A stretch of DNA of 64,000 nt from Lama guanicoe (Eukaryota). The DNA lies in assembly GCA_013239625.1 (NCBI GenBank), contig MU056000.1:15032851-15096850 (forward strand), given 5' to 3'. The stretch's first letter is position 1. Each line of letters starts with the position of its first letter. The position numbers were made by a program, and so were the translations under genes. Under the pieces are notes generated by a model that saw only the letters and a program-made list of their open reading frames with translations, made no database searches and was not told the origin of the DNA. This document shows positions 1 through 13,331 of this stretch, piece by piece.

Positions 1-807
1 TTCACCATTTTGGACATTATGCTGATTCTTTCAATGGTACTTTTATAATGATCCATTTATACTTACATATGGTTTAAGGATAAAGCAGAATCTAATATAG
101 TATCAGGCAGTAAAAATCCTTTTGTCTTTGTACCCATGCAGTTGTCTAAAAGAGGCACCTTCCTAGTTTACAGCCACATACTGTACCAGCTACTCACTGC
201 CAGTCATAAACCGTACTGTCTATTTCTAAGGAGGTATTTCTTTTGAGATTATACAAGAGACAATATGATAAACATAACCAAGAAAATGCTACAGAAGTGG
301 ACAGGTAAATTCAACTGTTGTTAATCATGAGCTTCATCAAGAAATTCTGGTTGATGTCTTTTTTCCTAATGATTTAAATTGTTTTGGGGTAAATCTTAGA
401 ATTTGACTTCAGTTACATTCTCCTCTTCAAGGAAAAAGAAATCTTGGGCTTCTCCCAACTTTGAACAGCACTACATCTAAGAGAAATGGCTAAGAAAATC
501 ATTATCTTGCTTTGGAAGGCTAAGTTAGATAAGGAATAATAATTTCCTATTCTGTTTTCCTTATCCATCTTTATACCTCTTTTCAATCAACCACAATTTC
601 TTCCTACCTCCACCCCAGTGTACCATCTGTTAATCTAGATTTTGTATCCCTGTTAGTGATGCCGAAAACCCACAGGGTAGCCTAAGCATAGCTTCCACTG
701 TGCATATTTCCAGGGATGTAATGGATTTCTGAACAACAGACTGACGGTTTATCAATATTTTATCAGTGTTTTCTAATTTTTAAGATGTAGATGTATATAG
801 AGCATGC

Positions 808-2010
808 TTTTTTATTGAACTTTTCATTTTACAACACATTTAGAATTACAAAAAGGAAATGTGAAGATAATACAGTTTCCACAGACCCCACACTCAGATT
901 CTCCTATTAACGTCTTACATTAGAATGGTCCATGTGTTTGTTACCCTTAATGAACCAATACTGATGCATTATTGTCAACTAAAATTCATTCTTTATTTAC
1001 ATTGACGTAGGTTTTACTTAATTACCTTTGCAATTCCAAGATCACATCCAGGATACCATGTTAAATTTAGTAGTCCTGTCTCTCTAGGATCCTCTCAGTT
1101 ATGATTGTGACAATGACTTTCCTCATTTTCCTTGATCTTGACAGTTTTCAAAAGAGCTGTTCGGGTATTTTGTAGAATGGCCCTCATTTGTGATTTGTTG
1201 ATGTTTTTTCTCATGATCAGGCTATGGTATTTGTTTTTAGAGAGGAAAATTGCAGACGTAGAGCATCATTGTTATTACATTATATCAAGGGTACATATTA
1301 TAAACATGGCTTAACACTGCCAATGTAAATGTTTATAACCTAGTGTTTGTCAGGTTTCTCCAATGCTACATTAACCTTTTTGCCCTCCTCCATCCTTTGC
1401 ATACTGTAATCTTTGAAATAGAGTCATTTTCACAGTCCACATTTAAGGAGTTATGCTTCACCTCCTTGAGAGTGAAGAATTTATGTAAATTATTGGGAAT
1501 TTTTCTACATGAGAAATTGTTTGTTATCCACGATTTATCTATTTATTGAGTCGTGTATTTATTTATGGCACTATGGACACCTGGATATATATATTCAGGT
1601 TATAATGCAATATTACTTTATTTTATGGCTCAAATTTTCTAGCTTTAAATATTTGGAACTCTTTCTGTCGAATTCTGCATCCCTTTGGCATACTACCATC
1701 CTGGTTTATTTTCTTCCTGTAAACACCTCCTTACCTTGGCAATGCAGAGTGCTCCAAATTCATCTCACTTATTTCCTGCCCCAGTCCTGGAATAAGCAAT
1801 TTCTCCAAGTGTGCTGACTGATTTATTTTATTGGAGAATGGTACTAGAAACCAGTATCTTCTGCTAAGTGTGCTCATTAATCTTGGGGTATCACTGCTTC
1901 TAGGTTTTCTCAACCAACAAGTCAAGGGGATACATGTATATGAACTGATTTATACACATTTACACTCTATCTACACATCTACACATATGTGTATTCTTGA
2001 ATTCAATTTT
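808..2010 (-). mobile_element. Old L1 3' end (L1MC4-like)
   Basis: T-rich start, then 'aatgaaccaatactgatgcattatt', 'ccaggataccatgttaaatttagt' and 'tgtcaggtttctccaatg', recalled as antisense L1MC 3'UTR blocks. Confidence 0.75.
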
Positions 2011-3068
2011 TAAATATCTTGTTAGGACTATTTTTGGTCCATGTTCCTGACAGCTATTGCTCTGCAAGTTTCTTTTCTTGTAATGTCTTTATTGAAAAAT
2101 CAGTAGTCAGTCCCCATGAGCCGTTTATTTTTTTATAGGGCACGAAAGACAGATGTGAGGATTAGTAGTACCCTTTCTTTTCAACATTTCTTATTTAAAG
2201 CTGATTATTTCTTGTCCTTGTAAAACATGATACTACTTAGTATTCAGTATGAAGTACAGTTTGGGACATTTTAAATTTTCTCATATAGTATGAACAATCA
2301 AAATTGGGTGAAGGGCACACTTGCTCAAGATCCAACCACAAGTAATAAATGGCAAAACCCTGTACACCTCTCTCATATCTCAATCGTGCATTTATAAATA
2401 AGTGATGCCACTAAAGGACCTACTTGTCTTTCTCATTTTCCACTTTGTTATTTCACTATAATTTCTGTCCTCCGCTACAGCATCACTTTACCTGCTAAGA
2501 CGAACATTTGGCTTACTGATAACCCCCTCACATTCTCTACCAGGTACTGAAGTACATTGTGCCCTGGTTGGCATTGACCATTATCTTCAGGTTGTTCTGT
2601 TTAGACAACAACAAATACAGCTAATGGTCCGTAGTCTACTGGTGGATAATAGACGAAAAGATTCTAAACCTCAACTCAGTCATCTTTCTTCCCACTGCCA
2701 TAACAAATTGAATACGTTTAGTACCCTGCTCTAATAATCATTTCCCAATCCTGCTCCCATCATTGGATTTATATTGTTTTACCACAACTGTCCTTGTAAG
2801 TTTATCAGTGACTTCCATATACTTATTTTTCAGTCCTCATGTTTCTTGATTTCAGTTGATCTCTCATTCATTTCAAAATTCTGCTTTCTTAGACTTTCTA
2901 ACAGTACACTTTCCTATTTTTTCTCCTTACATTCTGCACACTTACCTGGGTCTTCTGCTGAGATTTCTGTCCTCTACCTTATTTTTAAATGCAGAATATT
3001 CCTAGCCCTCTAGTCTACATCAACTTACAGTCTTTGCTGATAACTCTGTATTCTCTCGGTAACCGTGT

Positions 3069-3294
3069 CGGGGACTCAGCAAACTTTTTTCTGTAGAGAC
3101 CAGAGAGTAAATAAGACCAGAGAGTAAATATGGGTTTGTGGATCATCCGATCTTTGTCACAATTAGTTAATTCTAGGTTTTACTCTGAAAGCAGCATAGA
3201 CAATGCATAAATCATGGGTGTGGCAATTAAAAAGTAGCATTTAATTTACAAAAATCGGTAGTTTGACCCTTGGGTTATACTTTGCTGGCCACTG
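3069..3294 (+). mobile_element. MER58A-like hAT-Charlie non-autonomous DNA transposon
   Basis: Degenerate TIRs 'cggggactcagcaaac' and 'tttgctggccactg'; internal 'aaagcagcatagacaatgcataaat' and 'tttacaaaaa' resemble MER58A; about 225 bp. Confidence 0.8.
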
Positions 3295-3624
3295 ATCTTG
3301 TCCAATATTGTGAATTTTATTTGCCTCTACACTATTACAATATGTGTACCCTGTAGCAAAGAACACTTTTGTTACCTGTAGACTCTTCATTTAACCCAAT
3401 ATTCAATACCTCCATTTGGCTGCATCACAGAATCTCAAATTTAAGATTTCAAACTATAATTATATTTTCTCTTTCCAACTTTCTTTCATTTTCAAAAATG
3501 CCAACACCATCTTAATTCTCTCAAGACAGAAAATTATGAGTTATATTTGACTTCTACCTTGTCATCATCTCTTAACATTAAACCAATTATACACTTGTGT
3601 CAGTTATTGTACATAAATATAATA

Positions 3625-4175
3625 TAAATATGCACCTAGACAGTTACCCAAGAGAAAAGAAACAGTAACTATCCAAGGGAAAAGAAAGCATATGTCCAAA
3701 ATAAGAATTGCATATTAATGTTCATAGCAGCATTATTCATGGTAGCCAAAGCTTAGAAACATACTTATTAACTGGTAAATTAACATACTAATTGTACTGC
3801 ACATATTCTATAGAAGGTTAATCAGAAAACAAACAAAATTTGGATACATGCTTAAAACAGAATATGTGTAAAAAAGTTGAATACCATAGTATATACACAA
3901 ATTATATGATTACATTTATATGAAATTCTAAGGAAAAAACCTATAGTGACAAAACAAAACAAAACATATACATAGTTGTGCCCTACAGGAATAGGAGAGA
4001 AGATTAACCACAAGAGTCTGGATGGAATTGTTTGGAGCATCTGGTATGTTTAATATCTCTTTTGTGGTGATGGTTTTATGACTATATGAAATTGCCAAAA
4101 CTTGTCAGACTGAATACCTTAAAGGGATTTTTTTTTGGTATGTAAATGGTACTTCAACAAAACTGTTGAAACAAA
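3625..4175 (+). mobile_element. Old L1 3' end (L1ME/L1MB-like)
   Basis: 'aatgttcatagcagcattattcatggtagccaaa', 'tatgattacatttatatgaaattct' and 'gtatgtaaatggtacttcaacaaaactg' followed by an A-rich tail. Confidence 0.75.
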
Positions 4176-4711
4176 CATAAGAGAAAAAAGTCAATTGACT
4201 CTGCTCTATTGAAAAACGTTTTTCTGATATTTGAATATCACATATGTAATGTGACACACACAACTCTTCTTATTTTGAACTCTACCTTTTTCTCAGCTTT
4301 GTCTCCCACCAGTTTATTCCTGTTTGTCTGCATCAACTGTTTCAGCTAGGTTTCAGTTTAATAAAGACTCAGTGGTCTCTCCTCTCTTCCTCCTTGTCTG
4401 CTACCTTCCTTAACTAGCCCACACACAATTTTGAATAGATTTGAAATAACTCCAAAAGGAAAAATCCTCATAATAAACTTTATTTTGGTCTCCTGTAGTC
4501 TGTTCTCGTAATAGATTGTACGAAAAATTTTCACATCCATCAAAACTGTCATTTCTTATGCAGTATTTGTCTTTCCCACCCTGAGTATATGTTCAAATCA
4601 GAGATGGTGTCTTTCTTGTTTGTTACTTTTGTATTGTAGAGAACTCAGTGAAAAGTAGATTTTCTCAAATACATGTTAAATGTTCAATTTGTAAAAATGA
4701 TTTGTAGTCTG

Positions 4712-5072
4712 GTAAATTAGTTTGCTAAGGCTATCACAACAAAATACCACAGACTGGGTGCCATATAGAACAGAAATTTGTTTCCTTACAGTTCTGGAGG
4801 CTAGAAGTTCAAGATCTTGCAGAGTTGGTTTCTCCTAAGGCCATTCTCCTTGGCTTCTAGATGTCTGCCTTTCTCTGTGTGTGTGGGCATTTCAGAGTCT
4901 GTTTTGTGTCCAAAGTTCTTTTTCTTAAAAGGAGACCAATTACAATGGATTAGGGATCACCCTAGCAGCTGTATTATAACTTAATCCCATCTTTAAAGGT
5001 CTTATATGAGGTACTGGGTATTAGAGTTTCAACATGTGAATTTGGGGGATGGACACAATTCAGTTTATAATA
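4712..5072 (-). mobile_element. MaLR solo LTR (MLT1A-like)
   Basis: 'aacaaaataccacagactgggtg...cagttctggaggctagaagttcaagatc...gaggtactgggtattagagtttcaacatgtgaatttggggg...cacaattcag'. Confidence 0.85.
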
Positions 5073-5223
5073 TCTGAGCAGTAAAATCAAATATAGATGG
5101 CAAAAAACACGTTGTTTTTGTTTTTGTTTTTTTGGGTCCAACTATCCCTCTGGAGAGTGAGTTCTCAAGGACAAGGATAATGTCTTATCTTCCTTTCCTT
5201 CACTCTACACTTACTAGCCTGGC

Positions 5224-5280
5224 TAGAGAATGAAAAAAAAAAAAAAAAAAAAAAAAACTAGTAGAGAATGAAAAAAAAAA
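5224..5280 (+). repeat. Direct repeat TAGAGAATG + poly(A), two copies
   Basis: TAGAGAATG(A)25-CTAG-TAGAGAATG(A)10 read directly. Confidence 0.9.
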
Positions 5281-6579
5281 GGATTGTCATATTTAATTGC
5301 ATTAAACTGAATTAAAAAGAAGGACACAAAAAAGAGCTTCTTTAGCATTGAACAGTTGATATTCACTTAGCATATACATATAATTGATGCATTAATTATG
5401 TGAAATACACAGAACTGGAGTGAGGAATCAGCATCCTCTCTGTGGTTGTCCTTTTAGTCTTTAATTTTTTCCGTTTATCTCCTTCCATAACTTTATGTGT
5501 TAATGAAATCTATGACTATTTAAAACTGTCTGGTCTGGATATTTTCAATGCTGTACTTTTTCACTTTCTAGCTTGGACTCTGCTATGAAGTAATAAAGAC
5601 AGATGAAACCACCAAAATTGCCAAAAAGAACTTTATTTTTAAGATTAGCTTTTAAAAATTAATTAAGTCTAAAGTAATTCGTTGCATGTTTACTCAGCAT
5701 TACTAAGCGTGGGATTCTTTCCAGCACAACTTGCTCCTTTTATTATTTCTTTAAAATCACGAATATATATTTATGGCAGACTATTTCAATGATACAGGAA
5801 ATAGTTAAAAATGCCTTACATATATGGGTTTTATCTATTAATACTCTTTACACAACTTCAAGATGTTGAAGTTGTAGCTACACATACAGGATGAAATTAA
5901 ATCAGGCATTCTAGAACATCTCTCAGACGTGGAAAGGTGTTTGATCATTTTTGGAATATAAAATCATGATGAAAGTTGATGTGATATGCTTTCTCATCAG
6001 TATTTATAGCGTGAATAAATCAGCTCAAAACATTTTCTATGCTATGTGAATCAGGCAACAAATATTATCTTTCATAGCAATTGATTTTTGTCATTAAATT
6101 TAAAATTTTTTCTGCATATATGTTTTCAAATAAGGCCTTGAGAAGTATAAAAATTAGTTTTGTCTTTTCAAAGTATATGATACGGGTCTTTCATAATAAT
6201 TGAGAAACAATTAATGCTTTTTTACTTATGGGATAATTACTAATTTGTGTTTTTGTGTTTTTTAATGTGTTTGTTTTGGTGCCAAGATTGGTCAAAAATG
6301 TTTAACTGCTTTACCACTTCTGTTGGAGCAACTTTGTCTTGAGCCAGAGTGAGTGCCCTGATATTTCTCAGTGTAGATGATTAAAAGATGCTGAATTTAG
6401 ACTAGAAGAGAAGACCAATTTCACATAAGGATGGATGGTTTTGAGGAGGAGTGTTCAGGAAGGACAACTAAAGGATACTGTGGAAACACGTAAGAGGATA
6501 TGAATACAAAGGCACGGACTAGAATAGGAAAGGATGGAAAGTCTTTAGCTCAGTGAGGCTTCCCTGCTCTGAAGGCCTT

Positions 6580-6800
6580 CGGCTCCCACTTCCCCAGTGG
6601 GAGAGCTGTCACAGGCCAAGAACCATGGTTACCTGGGGGCTCACCTCATTGGCTTTGCTTCTCTCAGGGATTGGAGCCTTGGGTGCCTACCATTCACTAG
6701 GCAGACACTGTTACTTGATGTATATTATTTAGTTTTTTATTATTCATGGTGGTAAGGCTAGATGGGGACCATTTACTTTACCTTTACTAGAATTAAAATT
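6580..6800 (-). mobile_element. Old L1M 5'-region fragment
   Basis: 'ggggctcacctcattggctttgcttctctcaggga' resembles a recalled antisense L1MC/MD/ME block. Confidence 0.5.
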
Positions 6801-7341
6801 TTGATATCATTTTATTCTAGAATATTCCTGAAATACATTTTCCAAGACAGAAATGATGCTGAGCAACTCTTCCTAGAGGGCAGCCAAACATTTTCTTTTG
6901 TGGTTTACCTACTCAACTTTTCTTCATTCCTTCAAATGGTGTTTTAAGCCTTGAGGTCGTCATGTTCTCCATTTTTCAGCTCTGTACTTTTAGACACCAT
7001 CATTGTCCCTGCACCACTTGAACTCCTCATTCAGACTATGTCAGTCAAACACAGCTGCTTACTCTTGTTTCCAGTAGGTTAATTTTGTGATAATTTAAAC
7101 GTTTTGCTATTGTGTGTCATGCACTATTGATTTCCATTTCCAGGAGAAGTAGAATCATCTTCGTCTTCAAACCCAATCAGTTCAGATAAGCAATCTCAGA
7201 TTTCCAATTTTAAGGATCTGTTACCTAATTTTGTTGTTAAATATTATATCAATCATGATTCAGTCCAGGAAAAATAATATATATATCTTATCAGAAAGAG
7301 TTAAGTACGAGAATTTAGGTTAATAATCTTAGAAATGGCAG

Positions 7342-7731
7342 TGTGTTAGCTTGCTAGAATACCACCAACCAAATAGCTTAAAACATAGAGATTTATTTCT
7401 CACAGCTCTGGAGGCTTGGGGTCAAAGATTTAAGTTTCTGGCAGGGTTGATTTCTTCTGAGACCTCTTTCCCTGACTTGCAAATTTCTACCCCCTTGCTG
7501 CCTCTTCACGTGGTCATCACTCAGTGCATGTGTGCCCCTGGGGCACTTCTGTGTGCACTAATCACTTCTTATAAGGACAGCAGGTAGACTGCATTAGGCC
7601 CCACCTAATAGCCTCATTTTAAATCAGTTACTTCTTAAAATGCCTTATCTCCAAGTACAGTCACATTTTGAAGGACTGGGGATTAGGACTTCAACATACG
7701 AATTTTGAGAGGATGCAATTCAGTCCATAAT
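7342..7731 (-). mobile_element. MaLR solo LTR (MLT1A-like)
   Basis: 'atttatttctcacagctctggaggct', 'ttcttataaggacagcag' and 'ccttatctccaagtacagtcacatt...ggggattaggacttcaacatacgaattttg'. Confidence 0.85.
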
Positions 7732-9794
7732 GGGTAGGATATACCAGCTCTACATTGTAAATCTAAACATGACTTCCAGAATACCACAAAACTGATCTAG
7801 AGATTTAGCAACCAGGAAACCACATGTAGAATCAAATAATTCAAGGACACATACTATTAAAACTGGCGTCAAACCAGGAGATGACTGAGAAATGCACTGA
7901 AATGTGTGTCTGATACTCTACTCAGAACTGGTTGAAATACTTTAAACTATCCTCTCTTTTTAAAATGTTTTCATATTTTTAGCCTAATTAAAATTCTGAT
8001 TGCTTCAATTTTCTTGGTTCTTTGAGTACAGGTAGACAGGTATTACGATTTTGTTTGGTTTAATTATTGTCATTAATTGTGTACATATATTTCTCAATAT
8101 ATCACCATTTTCCCACTGACAGTCATGTTTAGTTAGTCTTCACCCTTCAAATGTTCATTTTGCAATCACATTTGTTGAGTATGTTAAAAATTGTACATTT
8201 GTAAAACAAATCTCCTATCTAGAAATAAAGTAGTTTTGGCTCAGAACAGCTTCATCTTGTTTATTATATTGACATTTTGAAATCTGTAACCAGGTTTAAT
8301 TTGAGTTCATAATACTCCTCAGGTTCACTGTCATTCATTCTACAGATAAATGTCTTGGTTAGAATGTTTGTGTGAGGCATATTCAAATGGAAGTTTAAAC
8401 ACGAGACAGGTTGGGGATGAACACTGTAAAGTGTATTTTACAACAGATTAAACATGAGCATGGAGGATACATGGAAATCCAGCAGTACTATATACTCATT
8501 TATGGATGATCCCTTCACTTTTTTCATTAGTTTTTACAATAGATAATTGTGCATGTTAATTACCATAGTTATGAAAAATGTATTTTTGTTAAACACAATG
8601 ACTGTTTTACTAAATTCATTTTTGTTTCATTGGATTGTTTACCTGAGTGGAATCTATATTGACTATATTCCTCATTCTTACGTTAGTGAAGATTAAGGAG
8701 GAAAAACAGGTGATTAAAAAACAAACACTATATTGCCTTTGCATAGCTGACTGTGGTGTTAAAAAGCATTGGCCCAACAGAGATTGATAACTCTGTGCCT
8801 CCATACCCCTTTCTAGTGCCCTTATTCATTGCACTTTCAACCCTGAACAAAGGGATATTTCATCTAAGTGAGTAGATCCTCATCTTGATTGGATAACGTT
8901 TATTAAGGCACAATTCTCTGTGTTGAAAGGTCAAGGGCTTTCTTTTGTCCCTTCTAATTTATGCTTCTCAAGCAATTGTGTATACAATATAAGCCCGTTC
9001 CTGGACCTATATGCTAAACGGGCATTCTTGCTTCCTTCCTTCTTCTTTCTTCTATAAGATATCGTGTATTTGGATACTCTATTCATTTTGTGTTTAGTGA
9101 CCAACTGCAAATTAGAGAGTATTGGAAATAAAGGAGGATGTCCAGATGTTGGCTGAAATTTTGGCAGAGTTTAGCACTGACACCTGCAGAAGGATATGAG
9201 ATATATGCCTTCCAGATAATAAGCATTTCTTGTCCCTTCAAGCTTCTTACAGAGGGACAGGTGATGGCTCAGGAAGAATTCCCATATTCCTAATCATTTT
9301 TTATCAAATTCATATTGAATCTCTATCATTACCAAAAATATTTGTATTCTCAGAGCAGAGGAACAAATACGTGACAGGACAAGGATTTGAAATTCAAGTG
9401 TCATTCTGGCATATCTGGATCTAGAATTGTTAAAAGACTTTCCCTAAAAACTAGACATTTTTATTGTGCCACAGAAACTAGCAAGAAAAAGGGGTTAACT
9501 TTTGGACTGAGAAAAGATTACCTGGATAACAAAAATAGCAATCATCTATTTAAAAAAAAACATATTGTTCTTGCACTCAGAGGATCATTTTGTAAACACA
9601 CCATAGAGAAGGGGCATCTACGCTTTTAGGAGTAGAATTCCATAATGTGGTTGACATTTGTCACATCTTGCTTACTCAAAATTGGAACTTTCTACATTTT
9701 TAGCAAGTCCTCCTTGTTTTAGATCTGGTGAAATCTGAAAAGAGAAAGCAAGTCTTCCTTTTCACTTGTTTTAGTGAGTTTTCAAACATGGTCC

Positions 9795-10290
9795 ACATTT
9801 TCCAATACTCACCCATTAGTGTAGTCCCCTCACCTATAAACTAGTCAGGCCCTGTGATGCACCCTTGACTAAATGTGGCAGAGGTGACATTGGGCTAGTT
9901 CCCTTATGAAGCCATAATAGTTTCCATTTTTTCGCTCTTGGAAACCCTGAGCTATAATATACATATTAAGAAACACTGCTGGGAGAAGACATGTGAAGTG
10001 GCTGTCTAGACACAACGAAGTTGAACTGAGACTGATATTCTGGGATTCAGTGTCTTACTGAGCCTGATGTACCGGCCGTCCCTGACAACACATCAGATAC
10101 ATGTGTGAAGCCATCTTGGAACAACCACCTGACTGTAGTTACATAAAAGACTCCAAAAGACAAGAGAGAAGGACACCTAACTGGGTCCTGGTCAAACGAC
10201 AGAATTATAAGAAATAATGTAATTATGATTTTCTTAAGCCACTAGTTTCTAGAAAAGTAGGGAACAAAACAATAGATACCCCCCCAAAAA
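9795..10290 (+). mobile_element. MaLR LTR (MLT1H/I-like)
   Basis: 'aaatgtggcagaggtgaca', 'cagatacatgtgtgaagccatcttgga' and terminal 'ttaagccactagttt...aacaatagatac'. Confidence 0.7.
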
Positions 10291-10299
10291 AACACACAC

Positions 10300-11040
10300 T
10301 GGCAACTAAAGGGTAGGCACACAACCAGTCTTGGCCAACTGTTGGCTGTCACTGGGAGAAATCTGTCCTCGTTTAATGGGGTCAGTTGAATCTGACAGCA
10401 CTGAAAATTCAATTCACATATAGGCATGGGACTTAAGTAGCCCACAACAAACACTGGCGAAGGGAATATTTATATTATTACCTGGAGTCACCTGGATTGC
10501 TGCAGCATTCAGTGCAATGAAGGCAAATTTTTGTAGGAACATTTTTTACTTTCACTTAAGAGATGGTAGAAATGCAAGAGCTACAGGGGTCTACTGGCCG
10601 CGTCACTAACTGAATTAACAAACAAACCCAAAAGCATAAAGTTTTCCCACCAGAAGAATTAACAGTATTTAGATAAATAATGCTGGGAGCGGGGAATCTG
10701 GAAAATGTGTGGCATTAGATTCCATATTAATAGATTCTGAGGATGGCCCAGTAAAAAGTGAAAAACATGGATATACATGGAAGAATGTGCTCAGATACGT
10801 ACAAGCACTGAGACACAGTGTGGTCTAGCAGCTTTAAATGGTTTCAATAATTTCTTGGACTAGCCGACTAAAGACCTGACCTCACTAGCTACACAGAATA
10901 GCTTAAGTGGCTATGCCAGAAACTCTTTGGCATAATTTACACGAAGAAATTGTAAAATTTGGGGGATTTTACTTCCGAAGTGACATTTACTTGTGATATG
11001 TAGCCAAGAAGATGCCTCAAAAGACACTTCCTGCCGAGAA
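10300..11040 (+). mobile_element. ERVL/MaLR internal gag-like remnant
   Basis: 10830-10970 resembles the ERVL gag block GSNSLLGWL...MPELPW ('atgccagaaactctttggcataat'); lies directly after the LTR. Confidence 0.6.
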
Positions 11041-11049
11041 AGTACAGAG

Positions 11050-11280
11050 GCTAGGGGAGCCTAGGGGACATGGCGGTGCAGCATAACGTGGTATAGCAGT
11101 TGGCATCCTGGAGCAGAAACAGAGAAAGACATCAAGAAGAACGAGTGATAAACAGACAAATTAAGGACTCTGTCTAGTAATAATGAAGCATCAGTACTGG
11201 TTCGTGAGCTGTGACAGATGTCCCATAGTAACGTAAGATACCAACAGTAAGGGAAACGGGGGGTAAGGCGTTGCATAAAT
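11050..11280 (+). mobile_element. L1MC-like 3' end fragment
   Basis: 'atcctggagcagaaa', 'tgtgacagatgtcccatagtaacgtaagata' and 'agggaaacggggg'. Confidence 0.65.
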
Positions 11281-12026
11281 CAAGAGTAGATTTTCTTGAA
11301 GAGACCCATACAGGTATTAGATGTGTATCTCCCTTTCAGCTTTCTCTCAAGGGAATCTGAGTCCGTGGTAGTTTTGCACTAAAATAAGAGGGTCTGACCT
11401 GGCCATAGAATTACAGGAGTGTTATTTGTGGAGTGATGCTAATTCTTGTGGACTCAGTCACAAGAAGTGGGATCTATAGTGGACTGATTACACAGACTGT
11501 TTTGACATGAATATGCCTCAAAGAAAGCCTAGAAGAAACCAGACCCCATCTTGTGCTTACTTTCTTTGTAATTGAGTTTATACTCAGAATAGTGATGCTT
11601 GCTAATTGGCAAAAACACCACATTGGCTGACTGAATAAACGGGCAATGTATATTCAGACAAGTGAGTCCAAATAGATGCCTTTTGAGATACTGGAGACTT
11701 TTCACTCCATCATAAGAATGTGTCAAAAAAACATCTCCTCCTAGGAATCAAAGTTTAAATCATGCAATACCAAAAATCAAACAAAACAAATACTTCCTCA
11801 CAGAAATAACAGTTACACAAGTAGTAGAGGATATACACAAAGACATAAAAGAAAAGAAAATCTGTAGATAAAGAAAACTAGTCACACCTTCTAATCTCTA
11901 GAAATGTTGCTCCCAAGCAGTTAAAACTGATCAAAATATCAACATTGATTGAAAGAATTTACTGTAAAAAATAATGGTCGTAGACATACAAGACTCCTGA
12001 TTGACAACAGAAGATGAAAAAAATGT

Positions 12027-12050
12027 ACACACACACACACACACACACAC
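12027..12050. repeat. (AC)12 microsatellite
   Basis: Read directly. Confidence 0.95.
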
Positions 12051-13300
12051 TATATTTAAATAAGTATATCAAAGAATGGCAGTCAGATTTCATTAGGGGG
12101 TCATGGGCTACTTTAACTTTTAGAGGTTTACAAGACTGAGAGATTCCCTTCCTTACTATCTTGTCTTTAGTTGACAATGTTTAATAGTGTTTTATTTATT
12201 TGTATGTTTTGTTTTTTCTGCTCTTTCCCATTAGAGAAATGTATCACCTTAACTTGCTTTCTGTTCCTTAAGCATGAATAAAATCATTTAGTTAACCTAC
12301 CAGTGGATTTATTTCCTTAATTTGTAACCTCTTTTCACTTCTCCTTCCTTTCTTACATTTTAAATGAAATTGGAAAAATAAGGCAGGACTGATAGAATAA
12401 ATACAGTATACAGTTTAGTGTGTAAAAATAAGACAGAAAACTCTCTGTGGTAGAGGTGTAATCACATATTTGATCCAGGAGTTTGTGAAAAGAAAAATTA
12501 AATGAGTCCCAATTAAACCTAGCGCAAGGCTTAGCAGACCTAGTGTTTATTTTTCATTAGAAATTGGAAGATCACACCGTGGGAATAGAGTGTTTTAAAG
12601 GAAGATCCTTGGTTTCATGTTAATTAAAAATCAGAACTAACCTCAGACTGAGTAAAGAAATAGCCATTGCTTTTTTAGCATGGGCAAAGCACCAGAAAGA
12701 GCTTCATTGCATTTAATTGCTATATGTGAACCTGAATCATAAGTATTTATTGCCTACTCGGCTTGGGTATCAAAATGATTCTTTGGGTCACAAATTTTGG
12801 TTATTATTTTGTGTTTTATCTGTTGATTGTAAATAAAAATAATAAAATACATTTTCTTAAACATGAAGGCTCGAACTTATACAAACAAGTCCTTTCCAAA
12901 ATTGTGCACAAGTCTATTTGTCTAATTTAAATATTCAGTTCTTTTCATACTGAAATCTTTATTTTGTCATTGAAATAGTATAATCCATTGCAGTACATCT
13001 TCAAATAGGAATTAGTAAAATAATTTTAATTTTAATTATGAGAATAATTAGAATAATGTGGCTGCATTGCAAACTTTGACAAAAAAGAAAAATAAAACTT
13101 TAACATAAAAATAGTTTGTTATATAATTTTCAAATAATTTTGTAAGAATCGTCTAAGTAAGCTATGTAGAGAACAAATCAAATAAAGTTCCAATCCCAAA
13201 CTAGAATGATTCACACAACTTTGATATAATGCATGTTAATCTACTAAGTATTTTAAATTAAGAATCACATATTTGCAGGATTATTAGAGACACATACAAT

Positions 13301-13331
13301 TTTCAAAATGTTCCAAAATGTTCCAAAATGT
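13301..13331. repeat. 10-bp tandem repeat (TTCCAAAATG) x about 3
   Basis: 'tttcaaaatgttccaaaatgttccaaaatgt'. Confidence 0.9.

Larger units (their letters stand above)
2700..4690 (+). mobile_element. Fragmented L2 3' region, interrupted by MER58A-like and L1ME-like inserts
   Basis: Pyrimidine-rich L2-like blocks ('acctccatttggctgcatcacagaatctcaaatttaa') and an L2 tail ('gatggtgtctttcttgtt...ctcaaatacatgttaaatg'). Confidence 0.55.

Noticed and set aside
141..304. Possible coding exon (ATGCAG| ... CAG|GTAAAT)
   Set aside because: Stop codons in all three frames and no other support; a non-coding exon cannot be excluded.
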